From a virus: a stretch of 64,000 bases of DNA. Positions 18,824 to 29,443 of the stretch are shown here, piece by piece. The notes beneath the pieces are model-generated. The model did no database searches, had not been told where the DNA came from, and saw nothing but the letters and a program-made list of their open reading frames with translations. A program made the translations under genes and the position numbers. Location: the IMG/VR virus record IMGVR_UViG_3300032285_004008. One strand, given 5' to 3'. How positions within the stretch are numbered: the first letter of the stretch is position 1; each line of letters opens with the position of its first letter.

Positions 18824-20220
18824 CGTACTCGGAATGTACTTCCGCCTCTTCCTGTCTGTGGAAGACCAATTTTACGGTCTGACATGCTCTTTGCACGGAT
18901 TTTACCGCCCGAAAAGCCCGCTGGAGGCTTAATTAGCAGTGCTGTAAGGGCGTGAACCAGAGCATCGATGCGGTCAGGAGATTTACCCTCTCCAGGCACC
19001 CAGGAGATCATTTGAGACTCTAAATCAGCTAAATAACCAATGTGATGGACTCTTTGTTGCTCGTAAGCTAGTGAGATTGGCTCTGCTCGGAGCTGTTTTC
19101 CTTGTTTTGAGTGGACTTCAAGTACTTTGATTGTTGGATCGATGGTATTGATCGCATTGCGTACAAGTGCACCACCCTGATTAACTTCTGCAACAACGGG
19201 ACAACCCCACTTTCTAGCCATTTTAACAACTTGATTGGCCCAAACGTCAGGCGAACCGTGAACTGAAGCATCTTCGAGCACCCAAGCATTGCGCTTATAT
19301 AGGTCATGTTCGGCAGAAGACGCTACTACAACGATACCGCACTCGTCACGGGGGTTCTCGGCAACAGATGGGTCAACTCCGATACAGCGTAGAGGCGTTG
19401 AAAGAGGGTAGAAGCTCTCACGACCTGCTTCGATCATCTCCTCAGTCCACATTGCCCCCTCCATGGCCTCAAGCATTTCACCATAGAGCTCCTGGCGAGC
19501 AAGGGAAGTCCCCTCATATACACCAAGCATCGTGTCAAGATATGAACCAGATAGGTTACCTGCGTTATCCATAGTAGAACCACGAGTAATGGCTACACGA
19601 CCGGTTTTTGCTTCTTCAATTAGCTTGTAAAGCAGCGGGGTTCTTTTTGGAGTTGTAGTGACCAAGATTTTTGGCTTTGACCCGAGACGAGTACCAACAC
19701 GTAAGTTGTCAAACGCGGTCATACCTGCAGCATCCGGAGTCTGACGCCAGGCTGCAATCTCATCTCCCCATGCGTGCGTAAACTGAGGACCACGAAGCGA
19801 GTCAGGCTCATCGGCGGTGAAGAGGGTGGCGGTATTTCCGTTAGGCCAAGTTAGACGACGCTTTGAAGGCTCGTAGAGTGGCTTTTCGGATGGCGGGGTG
19901 ACATTCATGATGCCAGACTCACCTTCAACGATAACGTCACGCACGTCAGCTGCAGTACGAGCAACAAGTGCAAAACGTCGCTGACCCTCAGTTGTATATT
20001 TCGCTTGCTCGCGAACCCATTCAGATGCAAGTCGAGTCTTACCAAAACCACGTCCAGCAAGTACAAGCCAGATGTTCCAATCGCCCTCGGGAGCTTGCTG
20101 TTCTGGACGTCCCCAAACAGACCAATCCCAAAGTAAAGTTTCTGGGTCCATACCCTCTAAGGCAAGGGCTCGTTCATCTTCCGGCAGAGCCGCAAGGATT
20201 TCCATAATACTTTTACCCAT
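18820..20220 (-). CDS. terL: Terminase large subunit
   Basis: Walker A AGRGFGKT, Walker B AWGDE, TTTP coupling motif, nuclease GVDP...SPDRIDA. Confidence 0.95.
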   Translation of the reverse strand: MGKSIMEILAALPEDERALALEGMDPETLLWDWSVWGRPEQQAPEGDWNIWLVLAGRGFGKTRLASEWVREQAKYTTEGQRRFALVARTAADVRDVIVEGESGIMNVTPPSEKPLYEPSKRRLTWPNGNTATLFTADEPDSLRGPQFTHAWGDEIAAWRQTPDAAGMTAFDNLRVGTRLGSKPKILVTTTPKRTPLLYKLIEEAKTGRVAITRGSTMDNAGNLSGSYLDTMLGVYEGTSLARQELYGEMLEAMEGAMWTEEMIEAGRESFYPLSTPLRCIGVDPSVAENPRDECGIVVVASSAEHDLYKRNAWVLEDASVHGSPDVWANQVVKMARKWGCPVVAEVNQGGALVRNAINTIDPTIKVLEVHSKQGKQLRAEPISLAYEQQRVHHIGYLADLESQMISWVPGEGKSPDRIDALVHALTALLIKPPAGFSGGKIRAKSMSDRKIGLPQTGRGGSTFRVR

Positions 20221-20269
20221 GAGGCTAGTTTACCTTAAAAGATCGAATAATAAATTACGCCCGTTGTAT

Positions 20270-20659
20270 TTACTTAGCAGGGTCCTGTGGCTTGCTAGTA
20301 TCTCGCTTGGCGTTCTTAGCTTCCTTGGCCTTTTCAGAAAGAACAGCCTGGGTAACATCGCGCCAAGTGTGAGGCTTTTCTGGCTCTTCTACGTAACCAA
20401 CTGTCTCGTAGAGGCTCTTTTGCATAAGTTCTTGGCCCTTAGCTAGAGATTCTTCATCCTCGGCCTGAACCTCAATACGAATTTCCTTCTGATCAATGAA
20501 GATGTCGACAAATCCAACAGCTCCGAAAGGAAAGTGCACAACGTTATCGGCAACGGTACCAATCTTTGCAGACTTAAGGTCAGATAGGGCCTGAACCTTT
20601 AGCTCTTCTAGATCCTTTTCGGTATTAATTCCAAGGATTGAATAGTGGTTGAATGACAT
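20270..20659 (-). CDS. Hypothetical protein
   Basis: Coupled to the upstream gene (TAATG). Confidence 0.55.
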   Translation of the reverse strand: MSFNHYSILGINTEKDLEELKVQALSDLKSAKIGTVADNVVHFPFGAVGFVDIFIDQKEIRIEVQAEDEESLAKGQELMQKSLYETVGYVEEPEKPHTWRDVTQAVLSEKAKEAKNAKRDTSKPQDPAK

Positions 20660-21219
20660 TACTTAACTCGATTCTCTTTGACAATTGGAGTATACACCTT
20701 AGAGGTGGCGGTTACTGGAGTCTTGTATCCATAACGAACAAGACGGAAACGGAGCGCACCGTGAGTTACGCCGAGACGCTTTGCTAGGCGATACAGGGTA
20801 ACGCCTTCTACAGTGTGAGCGTAGTTGAGCAGCTTGGTATACTCTTCCGCTTCCTCACGGTACTTCTTGCCGTTGGAACGCACCTGCTGAGCGTAAGGCT
20901 GCAACTCTAGAAGACGATTAAGAGTTGTTTCGGTAGGTTCAACGTAAACTGGTTTGGCCTTTACGGCATGAATTGGTGGCTCTGGAATCTCAACTGGAAA
21001 CTCCTGGTCCGGTGAGTCAGAGGTTGAGATCTGACGAACACGCTCTCGAGTTAGCTTAGACGCGCTTGCGATCGCTTCTAGGGTCCACTCGTTCTTGCGC
21101 AGGCTGCGAATTAGAAAGTCGCGCTGGGGGCTATTGCCAGATACATCTTCAAAAACTTCAGCGATGTACTCTGGGAGCTGCTGGTTCTTTTTTACGTAGT
21201 TCTTTTCTTCAGTTAGCAT
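20659..21219 (-). CDS. Double-HTH DNA-binding protein (sigma region-4-like)
   Basis: TLEAIASASKLTRERVRQI and TLYRLAKRLGVTHGALRFRL. Confidence 0.7.
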   Translation of the reverse strand: MLTEEKNYVKKNQQLPEYIAEVFEDVSGNSPQRDFLIRSLRKNEWTLEAIASASKLTRERVRQISTSDSPDQEFPVEIPEPPIHAVKAKPVYVEPTETTLNRLLELQPYAQQVRSNGKKYREEAEEYTKLLNYAHTVEGVTLYRLAKRLGVTHGALRFRLVRYGYKTPVTATSKVYTPIVKENRVK

Positions 21220-21280
21220 ATTCTGTCTTTCTTTGTCGCTATTAAATTCTACTGTATAGGATTAGATTTCAGTTGTCAAA

Positions 21281-21574
21281 TTATCTAGCATATTTAGGCT
21301 TGATGCTCTGAATGAGGATCTCTATATCATCGCGAGATTCGATATTAAAGTCTAGTTCGATTACGTTAATTGCTCCCTCTAGAAGCTTAGTAATTAGAGA
21401 TAGATCCGATACATGAGAGTTTGCAGAGGTTGTTATGAGGACTCTACAGTCAGTCATATCAAAAAGACCAGAGGTTGGTAGCTCGTCTCTAAACTGCTCT
21501 GCACTCTCAACGTTTAGCTTTATAGTTTTCAAAATAGTCCTCTTCTGAATGTAGGTCATCATAAGCCTCGCCAA
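21281..21574 (-). CDS. Hypothetical protein (start uncertain)
   Basis: ORF track; colinear with neighbours. Confidence 0.4.
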   Translation of the reverse strand: MARLMMTYIQKRTILKTIKLNVESAEQFRDELPTSGLFDMTDCRVLITTSANSHVSDLSLITKLLEGAINVIELDFNIESRDDIEILIQSIKPKYAR

Positions 21575-21776
21575 AGGCCGAGATCATCGTAACTACAGAT
21601 GCTATCACAAACATTCCTAGGATGCAAATTGCCAACACTGCTAGCAAAACAAGAATGGTAATTATAAATCCCACTTTGGCTTCTCTTTTCGGTAAGGGCG
21701 TTTATTATTCTGAGAAAAAAGAAAGCCACCTCTCTCCCGGGGGTGGCCTTCTTGCTTAAGCAGCTTTGCTAGTCTA

Positions 21777-21938
21777 CTACTCTTTTGCAAGAGTAGCTAG
21801 AGCATTTGCAGCAAGGCTGAAAACTATGGCAAGCGGGAAAAAGTCCTGAGTAGATACAGCCATCAGAATGATAGATGCAACTACCAATACAACTGCCAGA
21901 ATCGAAATCCAGCGTAGTGAGCGGAGCAGGTTAATCAT
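21777..21938 (-). CDS. Small two-TM membrane protein
   Basis: Below the ORF-track cutoff: MINLLRSLRWISILAVVLVVASIILMAVSTQDFFPLAIVFSLAANALATLAKE; followed by a terminator at ~21722-21750. Confidence 0.5.
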   Translation of the reverse strand: MINLLRSLRWISILAVVLVVASIILMAVSTQDFFPLAIVFSLAANALATLAKE

Positions 21939-22126
21939 TTAGATGTTTTTCCTTTTGTCTTTGAAGTTGTCTCTACTGGATATACTACACCAAGTAGTGC
22001 GGTATTATTTGCTGCCTCGTGAAGTTTCTTGAGGTTGCGGCGGTGGCGAATCTTGCCAATAACGTATGGGGCACCTAGGTATGCAACCAAGGCGATTAGA
22101 AGTGTAATTCCGAATGTCGTTGTCAT
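21935..22126 (-). CDS. Small membrane protein
   Basis: N-terminal TM helix and basic tail. Confidence 0.55.
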   Translation of the reverse strand: MTTTFGITLLIALVAYLGAPYVIGKIRHRRNLKKLHEAANNTALLGVVYPVETTSKTKGKTSK

Positions 22127-22201
22127 ATTTATATCCTAGTGTCTTTTGAGTAGTATGGTGAGCCAGTTTTTAGTCATGGCTCAGGACCTGTTTTACTTGG
22201 G

Positions 22202-22837
22202 CTACAAAGTTGTGTCCAAGATGTGGGTGTATGTGACCTTGCTGTAGTTTCCGGCAAACTTATCAATCGATTCGATTGAAGTAGATTGACCAGGACGTGG
22301 AGCGTCGATCATCATACCCTCTCCTAGATAAAGGCCAACGTGGTATGCAGACTGAGAACCCTTGTACGTGAAAGACACGATGTCTCCCGGCTGAGGGGTC
22401 TCAGTTAGCTTCCCAGCTAGCTTTTGTTCAGATGCGCGATGAGGTAACTCAATGCCTACCTGTTCGTATGCCCAAAGTACAAGACCTGAGCAGTCCCAGC
22501 CTGCGGGGCTGGCACCTGAAAACACGTACCATGTACGACCAACTCGAGCCTTAACGGCGTCTAGCATGTTGTGCATAGCAATCGTGTTGTTGTGTATTGT
22601 TGCAATGATCCCTTTTTCCTTAGCCAGCTCTGTAGCTGTCTTCGGAACCAGTGGATCAGTGTTTGTAGTTGTCACATCGGTTTTCGCTTTAGTGTAGTGG
22701 GCGAGGACCGCTTGGTCTCCGCCTACAACATTAAGCTCTGCCCTTACAAACTGGGCCTGTAGGTCTACCGGTGGAGGCGTTACGCATCCGCTTGTCGATA
22801 GAACTAGTACCACGACTATTCCAATTAGCCATTTCAT
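22202..22837 (-). CDS. Secreted/lipoprotein NlpC/P60 peptidoglycan hydrolase
   Basis: Signal/lipobox (TSGC); YVFSG...WDCSGL; PGDIV.F; HVGLYLG. Confidence 0.9.
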   Translation of the reverse strand: MKWLIGIVVVLVLSTSGCVTPPPVDLQAQFVRAELNVVGGDQAVLAHYTKAKTDVTTTNTDPLVPKTATELAKEKGIIATIHNNTIAMHNMLDAVKARVGRTWYVFSGASPAGWDCSGLVLWAYEQVGIELPHRASEQKLAGKLTETPQPGDIVSFTYKGSQSAYHVGLYLGEGMMIDAPRPGQSTSIESIDKFAGNYSKVTYTHILDTTL

Positions 22838-23952
22838 TTAGCGACCTACCTTTCAGAAGTGAATACCTTAGTACTCGGTCGTTTATTGTCTTGGTGTTAG
22901 ACATTATCATTTTCAGTTGTATTGTCACAGTGCGCGAAAAGCACCTTTTGGCTTTTATTGCCTAAGGTGCTTGTCGTCTTAATAGTTTAGCACTAGTTTA
23001 CGGTGCGTTGTCAAATTTTTAAGAAAAAACTGTCTTTTTCAGTGATTATTTGGGGGTAGGGGCGTTTATTATTTTGGCTCGTATGGTAAGGTTCGGACGA
23101 ATTTTTTGAAAATTTGTGGAGCTGGATTTTATAAATGGGGGGTCTTCAGGATTGGCATATTTGTATTAAGGGGGGTATATGGTATACTAGGCACTAACTG
23201 CTTTTGGGGTGCGAGACGGCAGTCGTTGTTTGGGGAGGTGTCCAGATTTGTTTCCTAACGGCAAGGGGGTCTTGCTTTTTTGGGCTGACTTCAAACTTCA
23301 AACAAAGACTAAGGCTCTTGTCTAGTTTCAAAGCAGACTAGACAACCAAGCCCAGCAGCCTTGCTCAAAACTGAGTCTAAGAATAGACACTGAAACTGTC
23401 TCATTCTTGGGCAGTTGTCATCTCATCTATTTCTCTAGGCAGAGGGTTCGGGAACTGATTACCTGAGGGAACTGAAACTAATCAAGAAAACACTTAGATA
23501 CTCAGACAGCCTGCGGAGCACTCGGCAAGCAGTCAGGAGTTGTCTAATGTTGCTGGGTTGAATTGCCAGTTATCAACCTGCGGGCTAGTTGCCACATTCA
23601 ACCCAGTCAAAGAATCTCAGGGGATTTACCTAAGGTCAGTCCGCGCCAAAGGTGCGCATTTGAATCTGCCTGCGTCACTAGCACCGACAAAGTTGCTTGA
23701 TGTTATTCCATACATTGATGGGCGAGCAGTGAAGGTTGTGGTGACTTTTAGTGCACTCAACTTTCTATGAACCGAGTTATGTTGAATTGGATGTGCGGAG
23801 ATCCGCCGTGTCATTCGCCGTGTAGCTGGCAACTACCCAGCTCTCTATTTGTATTTATTTTTTCTAGGAATGTCCCTCGCCCACGCACCCACGCAGGCAA
23901 AAGAAAAACCCCCAGCCCGAAGGCTGGAGGTTTGCCGTGTAAGGCTTAGAGG

Positions 23953-24180
23953 CTACAAAGCGTAGCCGCTAAAGTCCCCACGCATGACGCGGTCAATCGC
24001 GTCTACGCAAGGCTGGCAGAAGTCCATGAAAAGGGCTTCCGCAGGGAACGAGCCGTCGCAACGCTCGCATAGGGTTTCGCCCTCTAGGGCAGGAGCGACA
24101 GGCACGCACTCGCGAGCGTGGTTGTCGCCTGAGATGTGCCACTGGTGGCACGCCTCGCAACGAAGGTGAGTTCTTGACAT
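23953..24180 (-). CDS. Small Zn-finger protein (cassette gene)
   Basis: Three CxxC motifs; AGGGG SD; own promoter and terminator. Confidence 0.65.
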   Translation of the reverse strand: MSRTHLRCEACHQWHISGDNHARECVPVAPALEGETLCERCDGSFPAEALFMDFCQPCVDAIDRVMRGDFSGYAL

Positions 24181-24223
24181 CTGAGTCCCCTAACTTCAAG
24201 CAACCTTTTTGCTTGATAGTTCA

Positions 24224-24251
24224 AGCATACCAACAAACTGAAAAAAGTCAA
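24224..24251 (-). promoter_or_regulatory. SigmaA-type early promoter
   Basis: TTGACT-N16-TATGCT. Confidence 0.75.
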
Positions 24252-24386
24252 GCGAACAAGATCGATCTTTCTTGTCGCACTGAAGTCCACAGAAAAAATA
24301 AATACACTCGCCACTACGCCAAACTTCCAACGAACAAAAAGAAAACCCCCGCCAGCGAACTGGCGAGGGCTTTCGTTTGAACTTTA

Positions 24387-24548
24387 CTAAATAGTGCGGA
24401 AGGTAAAGGTTCGACCATCAGTCATCAACTGCTTGGTTGCGTCAATGATTTCAATCGCACGCTTGACCGTGTGAGCCTCATACACAGGCTGACCAACAAT
24501 AGTGCCATCTGCCTCGTAGACAGTAATTTCAATTCCAGTAAAACGCAT
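24387..24548 (-). CDS. Small hypothetical protein (cassette gene)
   Basis: 53 aa MRFTGIEITVYEADG..., below the ORF cutoff; AAAGGG SD. Confidence 0.6.
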   Translation of the reverse strand: MRFTGIEITVYEADGTIVGQPVYEAHTVKRAIEIIDATKQLMTDGRTFTFRTI

Positions 24549-24602
24549 TTGGTTATTCCCTTTCGTAGCCCTCAGTCCCCTTGACTTCCTGACTACATAA
24601 GT

Positions 24603-24631
24603 AGTCTACCCCAGTCCTGCGACAAAAGCAA
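24603..24631 (-). promoter_or_regulatory. SigmaA-type early promoter
   Basis: TTGCTT-N17-TAGACT. Confidence 0.7.
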
Positions 24632-24765
24632 ATCGCCTCGCCACGCGAGGGGAACCCATAGAAAAAATAAATACAGCGAGGCAGCAAAAAAAAAAAAAAA
24701 ACGAACAACGAACCAGACAAAAGAAAGCCCCCTGCCTTTCGGCAGAGGGTCTTTGAACTTTTAGG

Positions 24766-24990
24766 CTACTCGCCAATAACCTTGTCTAGAAAGTTATTTA
24801 CCTGAGTTGCGAAAGTGAAAAAGACTGCGCCAACGCCAGCGATTAGCCAACCATTCGACCACGCCTCATTCACCGTGATACCTGCGCCAGCACCAAGTCC
24901 AACTAATACTGCGTAGCCAAGCACACAAGCACTAGCAACGAATGGCACAGCAACAACTGCGATTACTGCTCTACGAACTACAAACTTCAC
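24766..24990 (-). CDS. Small two-TM membrane protein (cassette gene)
   Basis: GTG start with AAGGGG SD; promoter TTGACT-N16-TATGCT. Confidence 0.6.
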   Translation of the reverse strand: MKFVVRRAVIAVVAVPFVASACVLGYAVLVGLGAGAGITVNEAWSNGWLIAGVGAVFFTFATQVNNFLDKVIGE

Positions 24991-25201
24991 TTTGAACCCC
25001 TTTTCTATCAAGCCCTTTGCTTGATACTTCAAGCATAGCAACCCTCAACCATAAGTCAAGACTTCAACACAAACTTTTTTCTGCGTCTCGAAAAACGGAG
25101 AAAAAATAAATACAACCAGGCGACGCACGCATCACCAAACTTTCAACGAAAAAACCCCCGCCGAAGCGGGGGCTAGTTCTGCCGTGTTATGAGTTATGGG
25201 C

Positions 25202-25378
25202 TTAGTAGTTCTCATTCACCCAATCGTAGAGTTCCTGAAAGTTATCTGCCTTAGAAACCTGCCACATAAAATCTTTATCTTCTAATAGCAAGTTGTATTC
25301 GACAGTTGTATTTGCCGAAACATCCCCAACGATAATGCGAATGTCTAGCGTTGAAAGCAATGAACCAATAGCAACCAT
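25202..25378 (-). CDS. Small acidic hypothetical protein (cassette gene)
   Basis: 58 aa MVAIGSLLSTLDIRII..., below the ORF cutoff; AAGGGGG SD. Confidence 0.6.
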   Translation of the reverse strand: MVAIGSLLSTLDIRIIVGDVSANTTVEYNLLLEDKDFMWQVSKADNFQELYDWVNENY

Positions 25379-25788
25379 TTTGGTTGCCCCCTTTCTTGTT
25401 GATAAAACAATGCTATCAACTACCTACGACATTCTTCGCACGAACCTTCCCGTGTTATGGCAGCCCAGAGAAAAAATAAATACAGACGCAGGGTCAAAAA
25501 AAATTAGCGTTCTAACTTCAAACCAACCCACAAACAAAAAACCGCGAGCGCGAAAGGAATGACTGGAACAAAAAGATTAGGGTAGCCAATGGCAAATCCC
25601 ATTAGCCAACCAAAACCAAAACCAACTGCCAAGCCATAGAAAATAATGGCGAACTCTTTAGGAACTCTCACGCTTTGAAGCCTCTCGTCTAGCCGTGTAA
25701 GACGCATAGTTTGAATGCTGAAAAACTTGAAACGCAACTCGGCTAATGCCAAGCCAAAACTTATGCTTGAGCAAATAAACCTCACGCA

Positions 25789-26037
25789 TTACGCACCTGC
25801 TCTGTCTAGGAATACTTCATACAACTTAGCACGCAGACGGCTTAGGTTGCGCTCTGCCCTCTCGCTTGAGCCAATGAGATACATACCAGCAAGGGTCTTT
25901 ATTTCCTCGTTGCGATAGCACTCTGCCCAAATCGCAGACTTAGTGTGAATTGAATACTGGTCCTCGCCACCAGCAAGGCGGAACACTTCCTCATAGGCGA
26001 ACTCTGCCCTTGTGTCCTTTTGAACTGTCTTTAGCAC
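25789..26037 (-). CDS. Hypothetical protein (cassette gene)
   Basis: GTG start with AAGGGG SD; promoter TTGCTT-N17-TAAACT. Confidence 0.55.
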   Translation of the reverse strand: MLKTVQKDTRAEFAYEEVFRLAGGEDQYSIHTKSAIWAECYRNEEIKTLAGMYLIGSSERAERNLSRLRAKLYEVFLDRAGA

Positions 26038-26222
26038 TTGATACCCCTTTCGAACTCCACTCTGGAACTCATACCTTGAGTTTACCCCTCGACACCAAAT
26101 AAAGCAAGCAAGCAAGTCGCCGTGTTTAGATGTGGCAAGAAAAAATAAATACACTCGGCTTTCAAAAAAAAAACGGCAAGACAAAACCCCCGAGCCGAAG
26201 CCCGAGGGTCTGCCTCTCCTGC

Positions 26223-26546
26223 CTAAAGGGTCTTTAGGTAGTCATACTCGGTTGAGCGTAGAGTTGCCTCAAACGCCTCTGGAAAGTTTGCCTTCATTAG
26301 TTCTCGGTCAAAGTGAGTATTTGAGCCGTGAACAACACGAACGGCAACTACGCCCTCAACGATACCAGCCTGAGCCTCGCCCAAAGCCTCACGCAAAACT
26401 GCCTCTGCCTTAGCCTTGAGAGCCTTAGCCTTTGCCTCTGCTGCCTTTGCCTTGTTGAATGCTGCTAGTGCCTTTACTGCCTTTGCTGAAAGTTCTACAC
26501 CCTCAACTGCCTTGTTGCTCTTTGCTACTACAACTGCGTTAGCCAT
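26223..26546 (-). CDS. Coiled-coil hypothetical protein, paralog of 32539..32910
   Basis: MANAVVVAK start with SD; FDRELMK..FPE motif. Confidence 0.65.
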   Translation of the reverse strand: MANAVVVAKSNKAVEGVELSAKAVKALAAFNKAKAAEAKAKALKAKAEAVLREALGEAQAGIVEGVVAVRVVHGSNTHFDRELMKANFPEAFEATLRSTEYDYLKTL

Positions 26547-26824
26547 TTGGCTACCCCTTATCTTTTCTACCAGCCTTGTTGCTGATGTATTCAGCATACA
26601 AGCAAGCCACGACATTTGTCAAATCATTTCACCAGCGAGTTGAAAATCGTAGAAAAAATAAATACAGCCGGAAAACCAACTTCCAACGAGCAAAAAATAA
26701 CCCCGCCGAAGCGGGGTCATTCTTTTTGAAACTTAGACGAGCCGTGTAATCATCGTTGTAATAATCGCAATCGCAAACCACACGAACGCAACCACACAGG
26801 CAATCCCATCTATCTTTTTGGTGC

Positions 26825-27028
26825 TCACTTGACAACCACCCACTCCATAGCAACTCGAAGCAAGTTGTTGTAGTCCCCCGCCATTGACTCGGCTAGGTAG
26901 TTTGAAATCTCGTCTTTGTCTACCCCAGCCTTTTTCAAAGCACTCTGGACAGCGCCCATAATTGCGAACGCATTGCCATCACGCCCAACCAGTTGAACCT
27001 TGACATTTGGATACTTCACATCTGCCAT
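26825..27028 (-). CDS. Conserved small phage protein
   Basis: VQLVGRDGNAF...AL..AG...GDY..LL motif common in phages. Confidence 0.7.
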   Translation of the reverse strand: MADVKYPNVKVQLVGRDGNAFAIMGAVQSALKKAGVDKDEISNYLAESMAGDYNNLLRVAMEWVVVK

Positions 27029-27208
27029 TTTGAACCCCTTTTCTATTGACACTCTGCCAATACCAAAAGACTACCCCAAACCAGGGACAACTTCAAACGA
27101 ATGTTGCCCGTGTTCCTGGTGTGCCAAGAAAAAATAAATACGCCTCGACGCAAAAAAAAACGACGCAAAAAAAGAGGCTAGGTTTCCCTAGCCTCTCCTC
27201 TTTTGTCT

Positions 27209-27559
27209 TTAGTCCTCTAGCGCCATCAAGGTTTCCATTGACTTAGCCAAGTTCTTGATAAGGCTAATCTCTTCTTCGCCTAGCCCTAGAGTGTCGCCAT
27301 TCTCGTCAGTTCCACCCGTGAAGACAACTGAACCATGAATGGCATACTGTCCACCAATAGTTCCAAAAAACGCACTGGCAATTGGGTTTGTGTCTGGCTC
27401 GCTGCGAAGTAGAAACTCCTCGTTCACCCACATGGTCATGTTCTCGGTTAGGTCAATCGCCTCAATCCAGCCATCAACTCCAGCCTGTAGTTCCTTTAGT
27501 GAGATACCAGTTTCAGTAATCTCTGAGTTTGAATTTACAATCAAACCAATCTTGCTCAT
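27209..27559 (-). CDS. DUF3846-like protein
   Basis: LKELQ..V.G.IE...MWVNEE...N..AS...I.G.VV..G..DENG. Confidence 0.7.
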   Translation of the reverse strand: MSKIGLIVNSNSEITETGISLKELQAGVDGWIEAIDLTENMTMWVNEEFLLRSEPDTNPIASAFFGTIGGQYAIHGSVVFTGGTDENGDTLGLGEEEISLIKNLAKSMETLMALED

Positions 27560-27743
27560 TTGTTCCCCTTCTAACCCAACCTTTGGGTTATGTAATAAGC
27601 CTACTACTACCCACCGACATTTCTAACCAAGTTTCGTTTGTTGTTTTGAAGACGCAAGAAAAAATAAATACACCTAGACGCACGCACATCTCACGAGCAA
27701 AAAAATTGCCCCGTGTTTCCACGAGGCAACTTCTTTTCGTTTG

Positions 27744-27947
27744 TTAGACGAGTTTAGACATCTGCTGAATGTTCTCGTTCGCCTTTGTAAGTAAAAGGTT
27801 TACTGACTCCATTACAGTTGCCGCTAGTGCTAGATTCCCCTGCGCTACTAGGTCGCTGACGACACCAGTAAGCAAGTTTGCTGACGCTACATAATCAGTA
27901 GCCGTGTAGAGTTTGTCCTCTACATTCTTCGTTAGGCTATCTGCCAT
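27744..27947 (-). CDS. Small helical hypothetical protein
   Basis: GGGAG SD; own promoter and terminator. Confidence 0.6.
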   Translation of the reverse strand: MADSLTKNVEDKLYTATDYVASANLLTGVVSDLVAQGNLALAATVMESVNLLLTKANENIQQMSKLV

Positions 27948-28198
27948 AACTCCCTCTCTGTTAGCGATTTGCTAACTACTAAAACTCTACTTCCACCCAC
28001 TGACATTTTTATCATTCAAGTTCGCCTATTTCCAAAAAGTGTAGAAAAAATAAATACACATAGCGCAGAAAAAACTTCAAACAAAAAACAAAAAACCCGA
28101 TAGCAACTTCGCTATCGGGTCTTTCGGAGAAAGAAATGAGGGGGCATTTCCTTTATCTCTGTCGCTTGCCAAAGGGGGATAAGGCAAGCGAGTTCTAT

Positions 28199-28444
28199 TT
28201 ACTTTTCTGGGTCGTAGTCTGCCCAATAATCCTCTGCCAGTTCCTCTCGGCTTGGCAGTTCTTTTTCTAGGCTTTTTCCGCAGTCTGGACATTCAGCATA
28301 GGCGTTGTAGCCATAGTCGTCTGTCTGACCATCAAGTTCAAACTCTTTGTCGCACACCGAGCAATAGAAATCACCCGTGTAATCCTCCGAGTAGATACCT
28401 GACCCCATCATTGAGCGACCATCACCATAAGCACCTAGCGACAT
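28199..28444 (-). CDS. Acidic Zn-ribbon protein
   Basis: CSVC...CPDC; D/E-rich. Confidence 0.6.
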   Translation of the reverse strand: MSLGAYGDGRSMMGSGIYSEDYTGDFYCSVCDKEFELDGQTDDYGYNAYAECPDCGKSLEKELPSREELAEDYWADYDPEK

Positions 28445-28620
28445 TAGTGGTTCATCTCAAATCCAGCAGAATACTCAACCCCAGTAGGAGTTGGGTCGTA
28501 GCACTCCTCACAACTGCCAAATTGTGCGTAGTGTTCGCTTACTAGCGGATTCTTGGTTGTAATTTCACTTTCGCAGTCTGGACAAACCCCTAGCCCAGTT
28601 GCGTTCTTTGTTCCTGACAT
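28444..28620 (-). CDS. Small Zn-ribbon protein
   Basis: CPDC...CEEC; GGAGG SD before the ATG at 28620. Confidence 0.6.
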   Translation of the reverse strand: MSGTKNATGLGVCPDCESEITTKNPLVSEHYAQFGSCEECYDPTPTGVEYSAGFEMNH

Positions 28621-28889
28621 TTCTGCCTCCCTTTGACAACCCCTTGTTGTCATACTTCAACCTTACACAACTCCCACGACATTCGCAACCCCCCGCGAGC
28701 GCGAGTCTAGAAAAAATAAATACACTTCCAACGAACCATCTGGGCAAAAGAAAAACCCGCCTTTCGGCGGGCTTCCTCGTTTCAGTTAGCGATTACGCAA
28801 GGGCTTCCGTGTTCTAAACTCTCGTATTGACCAAGCCAGTCCAGCCAAGCCAGCGATAATCAGAATCAAACCAACGATAAGTGCGAGCA

Positions 28890-29243
28890 TTAGTAGTCCT
28901 CGTCTTCCTCGTCATCTGAAGAAAACTCGTCTTCCCACTCGTCTTCCTCTTCATCACCCTCGCCTTGACCTATCAAGGTCTCGAACCCAGCATTCGGGTC
29001 TTCAAGATTAGTTTCGACTGCGTTCACAAAACGCAACCCACACGAATCCCCATACCATTGCTTTACAGTTTCCAGCATCTCGCTAGGCGACATTTCATCA
29101 GCCGTGATTAGCGGGTCGTAGTCAAGTTCACGCATTTCCTGAACCTGCGCCTCGTCCATCAGCAAGTAAATCTTGTGGCAAGTATCCCAAGCAATTGCCT
29201 TTGCCTCGTCAATACGAGCCTCCACCAAACTAAAATCAACCAC
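28890..29243 (-). CDS. Highly acidic hypothetical protein
   Basis: WDTCHKIY, SCGLRF; poly-D/E tail. Confidence 0.65.
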   Translation of the reverse strand: MVDFSLVEARIDEAKAIAWDTCHKIYLLMDEAQVQEMRELDYDPLITADEMSPSEMLETVKQWYGDSCGLRFVNAVETNLEDPNAGFETLIGQGEGDEEEDEWEDEFSSDDEEDEDY

Positions 29244-29443
29244 TTTACTACCCCTTTTCTGTAGCCAGCCTTTGACTACATCAGTAGTCTATGCCCAACC
29301 TCGGACATTTGTAAACATTTGCGTTTCTCTGCGTGGCGTCTGTAGAAAAAATAAATACACTCGCAACCGGCGGCGCAACTTCGCACGAAACAAAAAAAGT
29401 CTGCCAGTCTTTCGACCAACAGACTTTCTTCGAGCCGTGTTTA

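Noticed and set aside
24685-24701. Long poly-A tract as a phase-variation switch
   Set aside because: It is intergenic, next to a terminator; similar A-runs follow most boxes, and homopolymer length is error-prone.
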